The notes: generated by a model not told the origin, from the letters alone. 64,000 bases of DNA from Mobula hypostoma (GCF_963921235.1 NC_086097.1:91018001-91082000), one strand, 5' to 3'; positions 11,935 to 25,577 are shown, counted from the stretch's first letter. Program-made: numbers and translations.

Positions 11935-12836
11935 AAGATGGCACCAGCGAACAATACGCCCAAGAGTGACGTCTTTCAAATGGCTCACAAAACTACTTCT
12001 TTCACTCCTTCTTTCAAATGTGGTTCTGCTACTGATGGGGCCTGTGATTTGCATTTTGGTGGTGTGCTTTCAGGCCGATTGAGCTGTTTCTGAGGGGGTT
12101 TGGTGAGGTTTGGAGCGAAGTGATGTGGCCTGGAGGCCAAGAAGCCTGAGGACTAGATGAAAGCCCATGAGCAACTCCATTTCTCTGTGATCTCACTGAT
12201 TAAAGTGTTGAGGAAGATTGAAATCACTGAGGACAAGAGTGGAAGACAAGCTGGTGTTCAGTGCTGTCTACCTGTGGGTGACTAAACTCTCTTTCACTTT
12301 TGCTCACTACTACTAGAAAAGTTGTCTGCATGTGATGGTCTCTCTCTCTCCCCCTCTCTTCCGATGCTCCTGGAGGAAGGTCCCAGAGCTCGAATGGTTT
12401 CTCTGTCCTTCTTGCTTGATGATGCCGGAGGATGGTGCTGGAGTGCTAGGCAAGGTTTAATCGACGTGCTTTGTGGACTGGAATCTGTAGTTCATGTTAT
12501 GATATGTTTCTGGTTTCTGGTTGCTCTATCTTTGCTGCTATTTTGTGCAATTTTGAATGGGGCAGACTGGCTCTGAATGAACACAGCACCAGATTGAACT
12601 GAGCTGAGCCGAACGGAATACGCCTGGACTGATTGACTGGTTTGATGGTTTGTGGTTTGGTGTTTTATATTCTGTGTTTTTTTCCACTCATTTTTTTGTT
12701 CTTCTCTTTTGCATGTTGGGGGTTTGATGTTTTTCTTTGAATGAGTGCCATGAATTTCTTTCTTTGTTTCGTGGCAGTCTGTGGGACGATGAATCACAAG
12801 GTTCTACCTATCATAAAAGTACTTTCAAACTTTGAA
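11935..12836 (+). mobile_element. Non-autonomous LINE derivative with a Rex/Babar-like tail
   Basis: Starts AAGATGGC, has a T-rich 3' region and ends ...ACTTTCAAACTTTGAA like the tails at 4220 and 61260. No coding similarity. Confidence 0.5.
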
Positions 12837-13519
12837 ATATTTATTCAGGACTCCTGCAATAAACACCAGTCATTCAACTGCTGGTGCATTGTAAGCATAG
12901 GCAGACGTGGAAAGACACCAGACCAGAAACTTTGAAGTAAGTTACTTGGCTGCAAAAAAAATATTGGGGAACCTGAGGCAGTGGAAGGCATCGCAGAATT
13001 CCAAATCTTCCTTTTGCAGCCAAGTATTAAGTTTGCCTGATGATATCTTGCAACATTGACATCTTAAGTGTGTTGCTGCTGCTGACCTGCCAATGATATA
13101 GGAAGCTGAGATGCTGAGAGAAAACGTCCAGCTGTGTGAAGGGTGAGAGACCTGCGATCCAGCCCTGCTTGTGTAAAGAAAATGACACACGCGACGTGCC
13201 AGAATTCTCTACATTTTCCTCAGCAAAGTGCAATTGGAAAGATGATCCCTGTAGCAGAGTTACTATCATTTCTCGATTGGCTTGGATCTTCCAGAGATTA
13301 AATCTAATTTACAACGTGCAACTCAGAGGGAAAAGTTATAAGGCATTAAAAAATATGCTATGTCTTTTGTTACATTTTATTAGTTATAAGATGTTGGAAA
13401 TTAAATATAAAAAGGCTGCTTCAAACAACAGGAATTCTGCAGATGCTGGAAATTCAAGCAACACACATCAAAGTTGCTGGTGAACGCAGCAGGCCAGGCA
13501 GCATCTCTAGGAAGAGGTA

Positions 13520-13557
13520 CAATCGACGTTTCAGGCCGAGACCCTTCGTCAGGACTA
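13520..13557 (-). ncRNA. Minimal type I hammerhead ribozyme motif
   Basis: Minus strand reads TAGTC-CTGACGA-AGGGTCTCGGCCT-GAAA-CG-TC-GATTG: intact core, stem I, stem II, palindromic ACGT mini-stem III and a GUC cleavage triplet. Confidence 0.85.
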
Positions 13558-13858
13558 ACTGAAGGAAGAGTGAGAAAGGGATTTGAAAGTTGGAGGGGGA
13601 GGGGGAGATCCAAAATGATAGGAGAAGATAGGAGAAGACAGGAGGGGGAGGGATAGAGCCAAGAGCTGGACAGGTGATAGGCAAAAGGGATATGAGAGGA
13701 TCATGGGACAGGAGGTCCGGGAAGAAAGACAAGGGGGGGGGACCCAGAGGATGGGCAAGAGGTATATTCAGAGGGACAGAGGGAGAAAAAGGAGAGTGAG
13801 AGAAAGAATGTGTGTATAAAAATAAGTAACAAATGGGGTACGAGGGGGAGGTGGGGCA

Positions 13859-14185
13859 TTAGCGGAAGTTAGAGAAGTCGATGTTCATGCCATCAGGTTG
13901 GAGGCTACCCAGACGGAATATAAGGTGTTGTTTCTCCAACCTGAGTGTGGCTTCATCTTTACAGTAGAGGAGGCCGTGGATAGACTTGTCAGAATGGGAA
14001 TGAGATATGGAATTAAAATGTGTGGCCACTGGGAGATCCTGCTTTCTCTGGCGGACAGAGCGTAGGTGTTCAGCAAAGCGGTCTCCCAGTCTGCGTCGGG
14101 TCTCGCCAATATATAAAAGGCCACATCGGGAGCACCGGACGCAGTATATCACCCCAGCCGACTCACAGGTGAAGTGTTGCCTCAC
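13859..14185 (-). pseudogene. GIY-YIG endonuclease domain of a Penelope-like element (fragment)
   Basis: VIY-x-CxxC-x-YIG-x-R-x-EH motif; the upstream RT is missing. Confidence 0.9.
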
Positions 14186-14844
14186 CTGGAAGGATTGTTT
14201 GGGGCCCTGAATGGTGGTAAGGGAGGAAGTGTAAGGGCATGTGTAGCACTTGTTCCGCTTACACGGATAAGTGCCAGGAGGGAGATCAGTGGGGAGGGAT
14301 GGTGGGGACGAATGAGCAAGGGAGTCGCGTAGGGAGCGATCCCTGCGGAATGCTGAGGTGGGGGGAGGGAAAGATGTGCTTAGTGGTGGGATCCCGTTGG
14401 AGGTGGCTTAGTGGTGGGATCCCGTTGGATCCCGTTGGCTGCTTCATGTGGAATTGACTTGAATATACACACATTCAAGCCGTTTGTCTTACCCTATTTT
14501 CGTTTTGTGTCTGCCTGTTGGGCAGTTAGAGTATAATGTAAGTTCGGGGTACCACGTCCAAACAAGCACAACCTGCATTTATAAGGTATAACCTATGTGC
14601 TAAAACAATAAAAAGACACTTCATTGGCTTTTGGTCAGATTAAATATGGCATCAAACCACATTGAGACTAATGATTAAAAGCTCTATAGAATGGTTTGGT
14701 TTTATGGAACAGCTGATAGTAGGAAATACTGCAAGTGCAAGATAAAGTAATGGATACGTTTGGAGAGGAAATTCAGGAGTTAGGGGCCTATGTGGATGAA
14801 GGCACAGCTGCCAAGAGGGGCAAAAAAAAACAAGGATATGAATC

Positions 14845-15300
14845 ATAGATCATATAGCAAAGAGGAGCTTTTTGGCCCAGCATGTCCTTGTGAACCATTG
14901 CACCCACTTATACCAATCACATTATCCAACATTAGTCCATTGCCTCCTATGCCTTGGTGATTGAAGTACATGTCTCAATGCTTCGTCAATGTTGTGAGAC
15001 TCTCTACCTCCACACTTCCTCAGGTGGCATGTCCCAGATCCCTTCTACTCCTTGTGTGAAAATAATTCCCTGCAGATCCCCTCTATATCTTCCTTCTCTC
15101 ATTTAAAACTTTAACACACCTTGTCTTAAAGCATGGGAAACCTTATCTCTTCTTCTCATAACTTAGTATTCCTCTGTCAAATTATGTCTGACCCTTCTCT
15201 GCTCCAGTGAAAACAAACCCAGCTTTTCCAATCTCAGAAACAAAATGCTCCAGTTTAGGCAACATCGTGATGAATTTCTTCTGCACCATTTCCAGCGCAA
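14845..15300 (-). mobile_element. Old CR1 3' fragment
   Basis: RLEKLGLFSLEQRR motif in ORF 15163..15453, plus a CR1-like tail. Confidence 0.7.
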
Positions 15301-15448
15301 ACACATGTGAAAGGATAGGCAAATTGTGTGAATTAGGAAGCCAACCCCACTGACATCTTTCAGAGAGGGTCTGACTTTTCCATGGTTACATCCAGCTAGT
15401 ACGCAGTTCTGGGCTCTGTAACTCAAGAAGGTATATTTGTCAGGGAGA

Positions 15449-18400
15449 TACATAGAAACATAGAAAACCTACAGCACAATACAGGCCCTTCAACCCACAA
15501 TGCTGTGCCGAACATGTACTTACTTTAGAAATTACCTAGGGTTACCCATAGCCCTCTATTTTTCTAAACACCATGTATCTATCCTGGAGCATCTTAAAAG
15601 ACCCTATCTTATCTGCCTCCACTACCATTGCCAGCAGTCCATTCCATGCACTCACCACTCTCTGTAAAAAAAACTTACCCCTGACATCTCCTCTGTACCT
15701 ACTTCCAAGTACCTTAAAACTGTGCCCTCTCATGTTAGCCATTTCAGTCCTGAGAAAAAGCCTCTAACTATGCACGCGATCAATGCCTCTCATCATCTTA
15801 TACACCTCTATCAGGTCACCACTCATCCTCCGCCACTCCAAGGAGAAAAGGCCGAGTTCATTCAACCTATTCTAATAAGGCATGCTCCCCGATCCAAGCA
15901 GCATCCCTGTAAATCTCCTCTGCACCCTTTCTATAGTTTCCACATCCTTCCTGTAGTGAGGTGGCCAGAACTGAGCACAGTACTTCAAGTGGGGTCTGAC
16001 CAGGATCTTATATAGCTGTAACATTACCTCTCAGCTCTTGAACTCAATTCCACGATTGATGAAAACCTTCTCATCCATCCACTTCCTCATCCAGGTCATT
16101 TATGAAAATTATGAAGAGAAGGGGTCCTAGAACAGATCCTTGAGGCACACCACTAGTCATGGACCTCCATGCAGAATATGACCCGTCCACAACCAATCTT
16201 TGCCTTCTGTGAGCAAGCCAATTCCAGATCAACAAAGCAAGGACCTCTTGGATCCCATGCCTCCTTACTTTCTCAATAAGCCTTGCATGGGGTAACTTAT
16301 CAAATGCCTTGCTGAAATCCATATATACTACATCTACTGCTCTACCTTCATCAATGTGTTTAGTCACATCCTCAAAAAATTCAATCAGACTTGTAAGGCA
16401 CAACCTGCCTTTCACAAAGCCATGCTGATTATTCGTAATCATATTATGCCTCTCCAAATGTTCATAAATCCTGCCTCTCAGGATCTTTTCCATCAACTTA
16501 CCAACCACTGAAATAAGACTCACTCGTCTATAATTTCCTGGGCTATTTCTACTCCCTTTCTTGATTAAAGGAACAACATCTGCAACCCTCCAATCCTCTG
16601 GAAAATCTCCCATCCTCACTGATGATGCGAAGATCATTGCCAGAGGCTCAGCAATCTCCTCCCTCGCCAAGCACAGTAGACTGGGGTACATCTTGTCTGG
16701 TCGCGGAGACTCAGCCAACTTGATGCTTTCCAAAAGCTCCAGCACATCCTCTTTCTTAACGTTTATATGCTCAAGCTTTTCAATCTGCTTTAAATCATCC
16801 CTACAATCACCAAGATCCCTTTCCGCAGTAAATACTGAAGCAAAGTATTCATTAAGTATTTCTGCTATCTTGTCCGGTCCCATACAGACTTTTCCACTGT
16901 CACACCTGTATGTCCTATTCTCTCATGTCTTATCCTCTTGCTCTTCACATACTTGTAGAATGCCTTGAGGTTTTTCTTAGTCCTGCTTGCCAAGGCCTTC
17001 TCATGGCCCCTTCTGGCTCTCCTAATTTCATACTTAAGTTTCTTCCTGCTAGCCTTCCTTATAATCTTCTGGATCTCTATCATTACCTAGTTTTTTGAAC
17101 CTTTCGTAAGCTCTTCTTTCCTTCTTGACTAGATTTCAACAGCCTTTGTACACCACGGTTCCTGTACCCTACCATCCTTTCCCTGTCTCATTGGAATGTG
17201 CTACACAAATATCCCCTGAACATTTGCTACTTTTCTGCCATACATTTCCCTGAGAACATCTGTTCCCAATTTATGCTTCCAAGTTCCTACCTGATAGCTT
17301 CATATTTCCCCTCACTCCAATTGAATGCTTTCCTAACTTGTCTGTTCCTATTCCTCTCCAATGCTATGGTAAAGGAGATAGAATTGTGATCACTATCTCC
17401 AAAATGCTCTCCCACTGAGAGACCTGACAACTGACCAGGTTTATTTCCCGAAACCAGATCAAGAACAGCCTCTCCTCTTGTAGGCTTATCTACATATTGT
17501 GTCAGGAAACCTTCCTGAACACAACTAACAAACTCCACCCAATGTAAACCCCTTGCTCTAGGGAGTGCCAATCAATATTTGGGAAGTTAAAATCTCCCAC
17601 CACAACAGTCCCATTATTATTACACCTTTGCAGAATCTGTCTCCCTATCTGCTCCTCAATGTCCCTGTTGCTATTGGGTGGTCTATAAAAAACACCCAGT
17701 AGAGTTATTGACCCCTTCCTGTTCCTAACGTCCACCCACAGAGACTCAGTAGACAATCCCTTCATGACTTCCTCCTCTTCTGCAACCGTGACACTATCTC
17801 TGATCAGCAGTGCCATACCCCCACCTCTTTTCCCCACCCCCCTGTCCTTTCTGAAGCATCTAAAGCCTGGCACACTAAGTAACCACTCCTGCCTCTGAGC
17901 AATCCTAGTCTCCGTAATGGCCAAAACATCATAGCTCCAAGTGCTGATCCACGCTCTAAGCTCATCCGCTTTGTTCATGATGCTTCTTGCATTAAAATAG
18001 ACATATCTCAAACCATTGGTCTGAGCACATCCCTTCTCCATCACCTGCCTATCCTCCCTCCCAAGCTTTCTCTATTTGTGAGCAAAAAGCCCCTTCCTCC
18101 TTATCTTCAGTTCAGTTCCCACCCCCCACCAATTCTCGTTTAAACTCTCCTCAATAGCCTTAGCAAACTTCCCTTCCAGGATATTGGTCCCCCACGGATG
18201 CAAGTGCAACCCGTTCTTTTTGCAGAGGTCATGCCTGCCCCAAAAGAGGTCCCAGTGGTGCAGAAATCTGAATCCCTGCCCCCTGCTCCAATCCCTCAGC
18301 CACACATTTACCCTCCACCTCACTCTATTCCTATACTCACTGTCGCATGGCACAGGCAGTAATCCCAAGATTACTACCTTTGAGGTCCTGCTTCTCAATT

Positions 18401-18683
18401 TCCTTCCTAACTCACTGTGGTCTGTTTTCAGGACCTCCTCCCGTTTCCTAACTATGTCATTGGTACCAATATGTACCACGACTTCTGGCTGTTCACCTTC
18501 CCACTTTAGGATATCGCAGATGCAATCAGAAACATCCCGGATCCTGGCACCTGGGAGGCAAACAACCGTCCATGTTTCTTTCCTGCGTCCACAGAATCAC
18601 CTGTCTGACCCCCTAACTATAGAGTCCCCTATTATTGCTTCCATCTTCTTCCTTTCCTTACCCTTCTGAGCCACAGAGGGATA
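15449..18683 (-). mobile_element. Long CR1 LINE: ORF1 SGNH esterase, APE endonuclease and RT, disrupted
   Basis: 18072..18479 VHIGTND...GLHL (esterase); 17502..18044 YFNARS, AITET, YRPP, VGDFN (APE); 16071..16883 [21 protein letters not shown] (RT). Internal deletion near 16070, (TAGAAACA)n tail and possible TSD AGGGAGA. Confidence 0.95.
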
Positions 18684-18859
18684 GGGAGAAGGCAGAGCTC
18701 TCTTGATGATGCTTAGGCGAGAAGGACTGAGCTTCGACTGTAGTGACCAGACAATGAAGGGAGGGGTGGTCCAATGAAAATATTGGTTAAAGAACTGAAA
18801 TGGTAGATTGCAAGGAGCTAATTTCTCTTATGAGAGAAATGGGAAATGCAACCTTAAAA

Positions 18860-21475
18860 CTTGAACAATATATAGAAGAACTTACTTGAGAAGAAGCAAT
18901 TCTGAGCCTCCTCTAAGGGAATGAGGCAGACTACGTAACTGAAGTGGCAGTTGGGAAATACTTTAGGTCCAGTGACCATAATTCCATTATTTTTTAAAAT
19001 AGTTAGAATAGTTATGTTTAAAATAGAACAGGTTCTCAGGTTAAAATCCTGAGTACATTGAGGGCTTTCAGTAGGAACTAGCTGGGATCAAGTGGGCAAC
19101 TTTATTTATAGGCAAAGGAATAGTTGCAAGTGGCAAGTTTTTGGAAGAGTTAGCGGCAGCATGTTCCTGTTATGGTGAAGAATAAAAATACCAAGTTCAT
19201 CGAACACTGATTGAAAAGAGATATCGAGGCTCGAGCCAGGAGAAAGAAGGAAGGGTATATTGCTTTGAGGCAGCTGGGTACAAATGAATCCCTTAATAAA
19301 TATTAACAAATTTTAAGTCTAGGGTTAGGAGGGAAATCGGGAGGACAAAAGGCAGTATGAGATAGATTTAGCAAGCAGGGTTAAAGATAATTCCAAGAGG
19401 TTCTTCGGTCAGTTATAGTAAAAAGTGACTAGGGAAAGAGTAGGTAATTTTAAGGACTATTAGAGCTGCTTATGTGTGCAGTCACAGGATATGGCTGAAA
19501 ATTTTAATGTCTATTTCTCCTTGGTATTAACTAAAGAGAATATCATGGATGCCAAAAACTGAGGGCAATAGGTAGTGAAGTCTTGAGACATATACATATT
19601 ATAAGGAAGGAGGTATTTGGAGCCTTGAGGTGTGTTAATGTGGGCAAATCCCCAAGGCCTGATCAAGTGCACTCTCAAACCTTATGGGAGATCAGGGAAG
19701 AAATTGTGGAGGCTCTTGTAGAGATAGATGCTTTACTGTTAGCCACTGGTGACATTCCAGAAGCCTGAAGGGTAGCTAATGTTGTTTTATTGTTCAAGAA
19801 ATGGCAGCAAAATGGCTCACCAGCTAGTGAAATACAGGCTGGTGAGCCTGTCTTCAGTTGTAGGGAAGTTACCAGAGGGATTTCTGAGGGACAGGATTTA
19901 CCATCACAAGGACAGTGAAGGCCTGATCAGGAATAGTTAACCTGGTTTTGTGTGTGGGATGTCATATCTGATGAATCTTCTCGAGTTTTTTAAATAAGTA
20001 ACTAAGGAGATAGATGAAAGTAAGGCAAAGGATGCCCTCTATATGGACTTTACTAAGGACTTTGAGAAGGTCCCACATGGCAGACTGATCTGGAAGATTA
20101 GACCTCATGGGATTCAGGGGATCAAGTGGATTGAATTCAGAATTGGCTCAATGACAGGAAGCAGAGGGTGATGGTTGAAGGTTGATTGGAAGCCTCTGAC
20201 CAGTGGGGTGCTCCAGGGGTGAGTGTTGGGACATCTGTTATTCATAATTTATGTGAATGATTTGGAAGCAAATGTACACAAAGCAATCAAAAATTTGCTG
20301 ATAATATGAAATTAGGGGGTCTTGTTGATAGTGAAGCAGATTACAATGAATTACTAAGAGATCTTGATCAGGTGGGAAGATGGGTTTGAGGTGACACATT
20401 TTGGACATTCCAAGCAGGGTACGACCTATACAGTGAATGTTAGAGCACAGACAAGTGTTGTTGAACAGAGGGACATAGGAGTACAAGCGCACAGTTTGCT
20501 GGAAGCAGCCGCAGAAGTAGGCAGGGTGTTGAAGAAGGCATTTAGCATATTGGCCTTCATCAGGAATAGTGATGTTATGTTGCAGTTATGTAAATTGTGG
20601 ATGAAGCTGCACTTAGAGTACTTTGTATAGTTTTGGTAACCCTGTCACAGGAATACGAGGGGTGATTGATAAGTTCGTGGTCTAAGGTAGAAGGAGTCAA
20701 TTTTAGAATACTTATAGAAGGAGTCAATATTATACAGCTCTCACTACATGCACGTGCAGTTTAACTCTTTGAGTGATTATGCAGAAAGTTTTGAAATTAA
20801 TAACTCATCTCCTTCTACCTTAGGCCACGAACTTATCAATCACTCCTGCTGTGGACCAATTCCTGGAGGTCTAAGACGCCGACTTCTACAAAGAAGGGAT
20901 CCGTATGCTCCACGACCGCTGGGCTAAGTATGTAAATGTAGGAGGAGTCTATGTTGAAAAATAAATGTGCTAGGTTTTCTAAAATTGACTCTTTCTACCT
21001 TAGGCCACAAACTTATCAATCACCCCTCGTAACACTGTCAAGTTGGAGAGGTGTAGAAGAGATTTAGGAGGTTGTCAAGGGCCACAATTACAGGAAGACA
21101 TTGGCTACACTAGATCTTTATTCCTTGGAGCGCAGGAGAACGAATGGTTTATAAAATCATGAAGGGTATGCACGGATAGGGTGGATAGTCAGTCTTCTCT
21201 CAGTGTGGGGGAGTCTAGAACTCGAGAGCATAGATACAACCTAAGAGGGGAGAGATTAAAGAAGACCTGAGAGATAATTTCTTTACACAGAGGAGAGCGA
21301 GTATATGGAATGAGCTGCTAGAGGAAGTGGGTGAGGTGAGTACAATTGCAACATTTAAGAGGCAGTTAGATAGGATCATGGAGGGGAAGGGTTATAGGCC
21401 GAACATGGGCAACTGGGACTAGCAGGGAAGAGGCTGCAGTCAGGATGGATCATATGGGCTAAAGGACATGTTCTT
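18860..21475 (+). mobile_element. Old degenerate CR1 ORF2 and tail
   Basis: Fragments such as KSPRPDQVH...EIREEI and VMLQLCKL...HLEY; (CTATGA)-like tail at ~21490-21515. Confidence 0.85.
20656..21029 (+). mobile_element. Mariner-derived MITE
   Basis: TA-flanked TIRs CGAGGGGTGATTGATAAGTTCGTGG and CCACAAACTTATCAATCACCCCTCG. Retains a transposase tail FYKEGIRMLHDRWAKYVNVGGVYVEK* at ~20884-20964. Confidence 0.9.
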
Positions 21476-21914
21476 ATGCTGCCTTACTCTATGAATCTAT
21501 GGTTATGACTCCATGACGTGAAGTCTTGAACTCTGATTCAAGAAGCCACATGGGGAGCTTCTGAACTAAGATAACAGGTAACTGTGGAGTTCAATGTGGA
21601 AGCTGCAATTTCACCTGTTAACAGCTAATGGATTTCTACTCTATCAGGAACCCTCTCAGCCAGGAGGATGACCAGCTCGGTAACCAGATATCACACCTCG
21701 CTGAATTGCAGGCAGGCTGACCCGTGAGGTTGTTGCTGAGTACACTAGGTTAAGATCCTAGCATTGAACGGTATGGTGGGTAAACAGAGTTAACATAAGA
21801 TCAGTTGATTGAAGAGGGAATGATTCTATTCTCTTATCTTCCTAACCTTTCCATCTACCTGTTCTCTTGTTCTCCTGAAGACTGGTTCCCACTGCCCTAT
21901 TGCATGTCCAAAAT

Positions 21915-24230
21915 ACTATAAGACCGTAACACATAGGAACAGAAGTAAGCCATTCAGCCTATCGAGCCTGCCCTGTCATACCATCACGGCTGATTTAATA
22001 TCCCTGTCATGGTCCGGATCAGGGTCCCTTTAAATTTACTTTGTTTATGTTATGATCTGGACCGTTGACTCCCTGTTTCCCTTTGGTTCCCTGTTTTTCC
22101 ATGTCTCTCGGCCTTGGTGATTGGAGGCCATTAACTCTTGGCTGAACCAGTAGTTTATAGTCTCCGGCTTTCAGCCGTTCGGCGCGAGAGCGTTTGCAAA
22201 GTCACCAAGGTACGGCGTGCCAATGTCATCTGGCCGGAGCAAGCCTAGTCTCCGCCCGAAGCGATTGCCGATAATTCGCCTTTCCTCACCAGAGCAACCC
22301 TGTCAAGTTACCTCGCCAAAGCAAGCCTGCAAAGGTTCCTCACCGAGGAGGGTCCGTCAGTTAACCCGCCGGAGGGAATCAAGAACCGCTGTCTACTGTT
22401 CCCGGGCCGAGTCGAGAGCTCGCCACTACCCGGAGGCTCCAAGTCAAGTCCTGGCTCCGGGTGCATCCAAGTACCGAGTCAAGTCCTGGTCCTGGTGGTC
22501 TGTGATTCCTGTCCTACCCCCACCCGTCTGAAACCCTTCTCTGCCCCTCTCGCCTCTAGCCCTCGTCTGCAGCCCTCACCAGCACTTCAGTCTAGTTCTA
22601 TCGCCGGAGCTAGTTAGGTACTGTCTGGTGTTCTTTCATGTTGGTCTTGTTTTGTCCTCGCCTCCGTGGGGTAAGTCAGGCCGTCTTGCCGTTGCCCCGT
22701 GGGGGGTCATGAGTCCCAGCCCTGTGTCCTGTACCCAAGGAGGGGTCCCACTCTGTGTTCTGTGTATGTGTCCATGGTTCCATGTACCTGCTCTCCCGAG
22801 ACTGAGGCTCTGATTTTCCATGTTCCTCTTCTCCCTAGCCCATGTCATGTCCATGCCTGATTCTGGTGTCCGAGCCCGAGGCAAGACCCAGGTACTGGGC
22901 CCTTGCCCAGTCTCTGGCTCGGAGTCCATACCATAGCCTCTTCATGTCACCTCTCGTTTTGGGATCCGATTCCGAGTCCTAGCCCAGTCCCTTAGTCTCA
23001 GCCTAGTCGTAGTCCTCAGTCCTTGTCCAGTTCGCTCTTCCTGCTCCTGCCTTGCTCTCTCGGTATCGAACAATAAACTAAATTTAATTAACCTCACAAG
23101 ATGTGTTTTACATTTGGGTCCACCCTTGCTCCCAATGCCCCCCATTGTGACAATCCCTCACAACCCCAGTCTCCTGCCTCTGCCCATAACCTTTGACACC
23201 CTGACTAATCAAAACCTATCAATCTCTGCTTTAAATATACCCAATGACTTGGCTCCACAGCTGCCCATGGCAATGACTTCCCCAGATTCATCACCCACTG
23301 GCTAAAGAAATTCCTCCTCATCTGCGTTCTAAATGGACGCCCCTCTATTCTGAGACTGTCCTCTCATCCTAGACTCCCCCACTATAGGAAACATCTCCTT
23401 ATATTGACTCTATCTACATCTTTCAATATTCAATAAGTTTTAATGAGATCCCTTCTCATTCTTCTAAACTCCAAGTACAGGCCCAAAGCCATCAAGTAGT
23501 TCTGATACATTAACCCTTTGATTCCCGGAATCATTCTCCTAAACCTTCTCTGGATCCAATGCCAGCACATCTTTTCTTAGATAAGTGGCCCAAAGCTGCA
23601 CACAATATTCCAAGCGTGATTTGACCAATGTCTTAAAAACCCTCAGCATTAAATCCTTGCTTTTGTATTCTTGAAATGAATGACAGCATCGCATTTGCTT
23701 TCCTTACCACCGGCTGAATCTGCAAGTTAACCCTTAGGGAATCCCGCTCACACTCCCAAGTCCCTTTGCACCACTAACTTTTGAATATTGTCCATGTTTA
23801 GAAAATAGATAATGCTTTTATTCCTTCTACTAAAGTGCATGACCTACACTAGATTCCATCTGCCACTTCTTTACCCATTCTCCTAATCTAGTTTTGCAGA
23901 CTCCCTGCTTCCTTAACATTACCTGCCCCTCCACCTACCTTCACACTATCTGCAAACTTGGCCGCAAAGCCATCAATTCCATCACCTAAATCAGTGACAT
24001 ACAGTATGGAGACTGACACAAAATACATATTAAGTTTGTCTGCCATTTCTTTGTTTCCCCCATTACTACCCCTCAAGCATCATTTTCCCGCGGTCTGACA
24101 TCCAATCTTGCCTCTCTTTTGCTCTTTACATGTCAGAGACATTTTTTTGTATCCCCTTTTATGTTATTAGCTAGCTTAACTTCATATTTCATCTTTCTCT
24201 CCTTATGGCTTACTTTAGTAGTCTTCCTTT
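21915..24230 (-). mobile_element. CR1 LINE, degenerate with an internal deletion, interrupted by a solo LTR
   Basis: Tail like that at 5341. ORF 23888..24076 fuses KEMADKLNMYF to DGFAAKFAD. Confidence 0.88.
22005..23152 (+). mobile_element. Solo LTR (Gypsy- or BEL-like), 1148 bp
   Basis: TGTCA...TGACA ends, 5-bp TSD ATCCC (22000-22004 and 23153-23157), TATA-like TTTATAG at ~22153, AATAAA at ~23072, CpG-rich. Confidence 0.9.
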
Positions 24231-24504
24231 AGTTGCTTGTGTTCTGTTTTGCTGTGTTCTGTGATGTTCTGCTAAACATTGTGAGCATGCTATGTTGGTA
24301 CTGAGAAGTGTAGTGACTCTTTCGGACTACCCCCAGAATATCCTTAAGTGTTGGCTGGGAATGCAGATGATGCATTTCATTGTATGCTTTGATGTACATG
24401 TGATAAATTAAAACATCTGAATCTGAATCGTACTCTTTTCTATAGTAAAAGCAATATACCAATAAAAGCTATTGATTCTATTAATCAAAAATTGATCGGC
24501 ATAG

Positions 24505-24705
<201 letters not shown>

Positions 24706-25577
24706 CACAGCCCAACATAGACAGAAGCAGTGAGAATCTTGTACCAGAATAAGGAGCGATCGATGAGTAGGCCTGATCAACAATTGGCCTACTAGAGTCA
24801 CTGATAGTTGATTAATAGCACAGCAGTGAATTGAACTAAGCTATCAATGGAATTTAACTGAGAGAGAGGATCTAGTATAGAAAAGGAAGAGGTGTTGCAG
24901 AGATTGCCTGACTTCATAAGAATATAAGAAGCAGAAGTCGTCCATTCAGCCCCTCAACCCTGCTTCTTCATATAATCAGATCAGAACAGTGCTGATTTCT
25001 TGCACTCACCCCATTTCACTTGATTGCCCTAATAAAATCTATCCACTTCTGTCCCATATCTATTCAGCCACTGAGTGTTGGGTAGAGAAATGCAAAGATT
25101 TACCAAAGTTTCAACCGCAAACATCTGATGCAGAGTTATAACCTGAAATGTCAAAAATTCTTTTGCACCCCATATGCTGTTCAAGCCACTGAATCCCTCT
25201 GGCAGACGGTTTGCTGCTAATAAAACTATTTAACCTTCCTCTCATGAAACTGCCTGCCTCACGTGCACCTATCCATAATAATAGAAGTGATCACGACACG
25301 GTCCTCTTGGAGAAGTTCCAAATTCACACTAAGGATTCTCACCATGGTGATGTCTTACTCCACAACGACATTTAATGGGACAGAGTTAGAACACATCTAA
25401 TGGCCAAACGGTGGCTATCTCCAACAATGGGGTCTATCTATATACGCTTGACATTCAACAGCTTTACCATCAATGAGTCATTTCCCATACCATCCAAGGG
25501 GACATCCTTGACAAGGAATTAAACTGGAATTGCCACACAGATACTCCAGCTACAACTGTGTTGAAGATGATTGGCTC

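Larger units (their letters stand above)
13424..14436 (-). mobile_element. Penelope-like element (PLE), 5'-truncated: GIY-YIG endonuclease plus pLTR
   Basis: ORF 13859..14185 reads FTCESAGVIYCVRCSRCGLLYIGETRRRLGDRFAEH...G MN. TSD GGCTGCTTCA at 13414-13423 and 14437-14446. Confidence 0.93.

Noticed and set aside
12850..13270. Coding exon(s) in unique sequence with splice-like sites (GTAAGT at ~12937 and a minus-strand acceptor near 13165)
   Set aside because: The plus-strand candidate has stops in all three frames, and the minus-strand translations match nothing I recognise.
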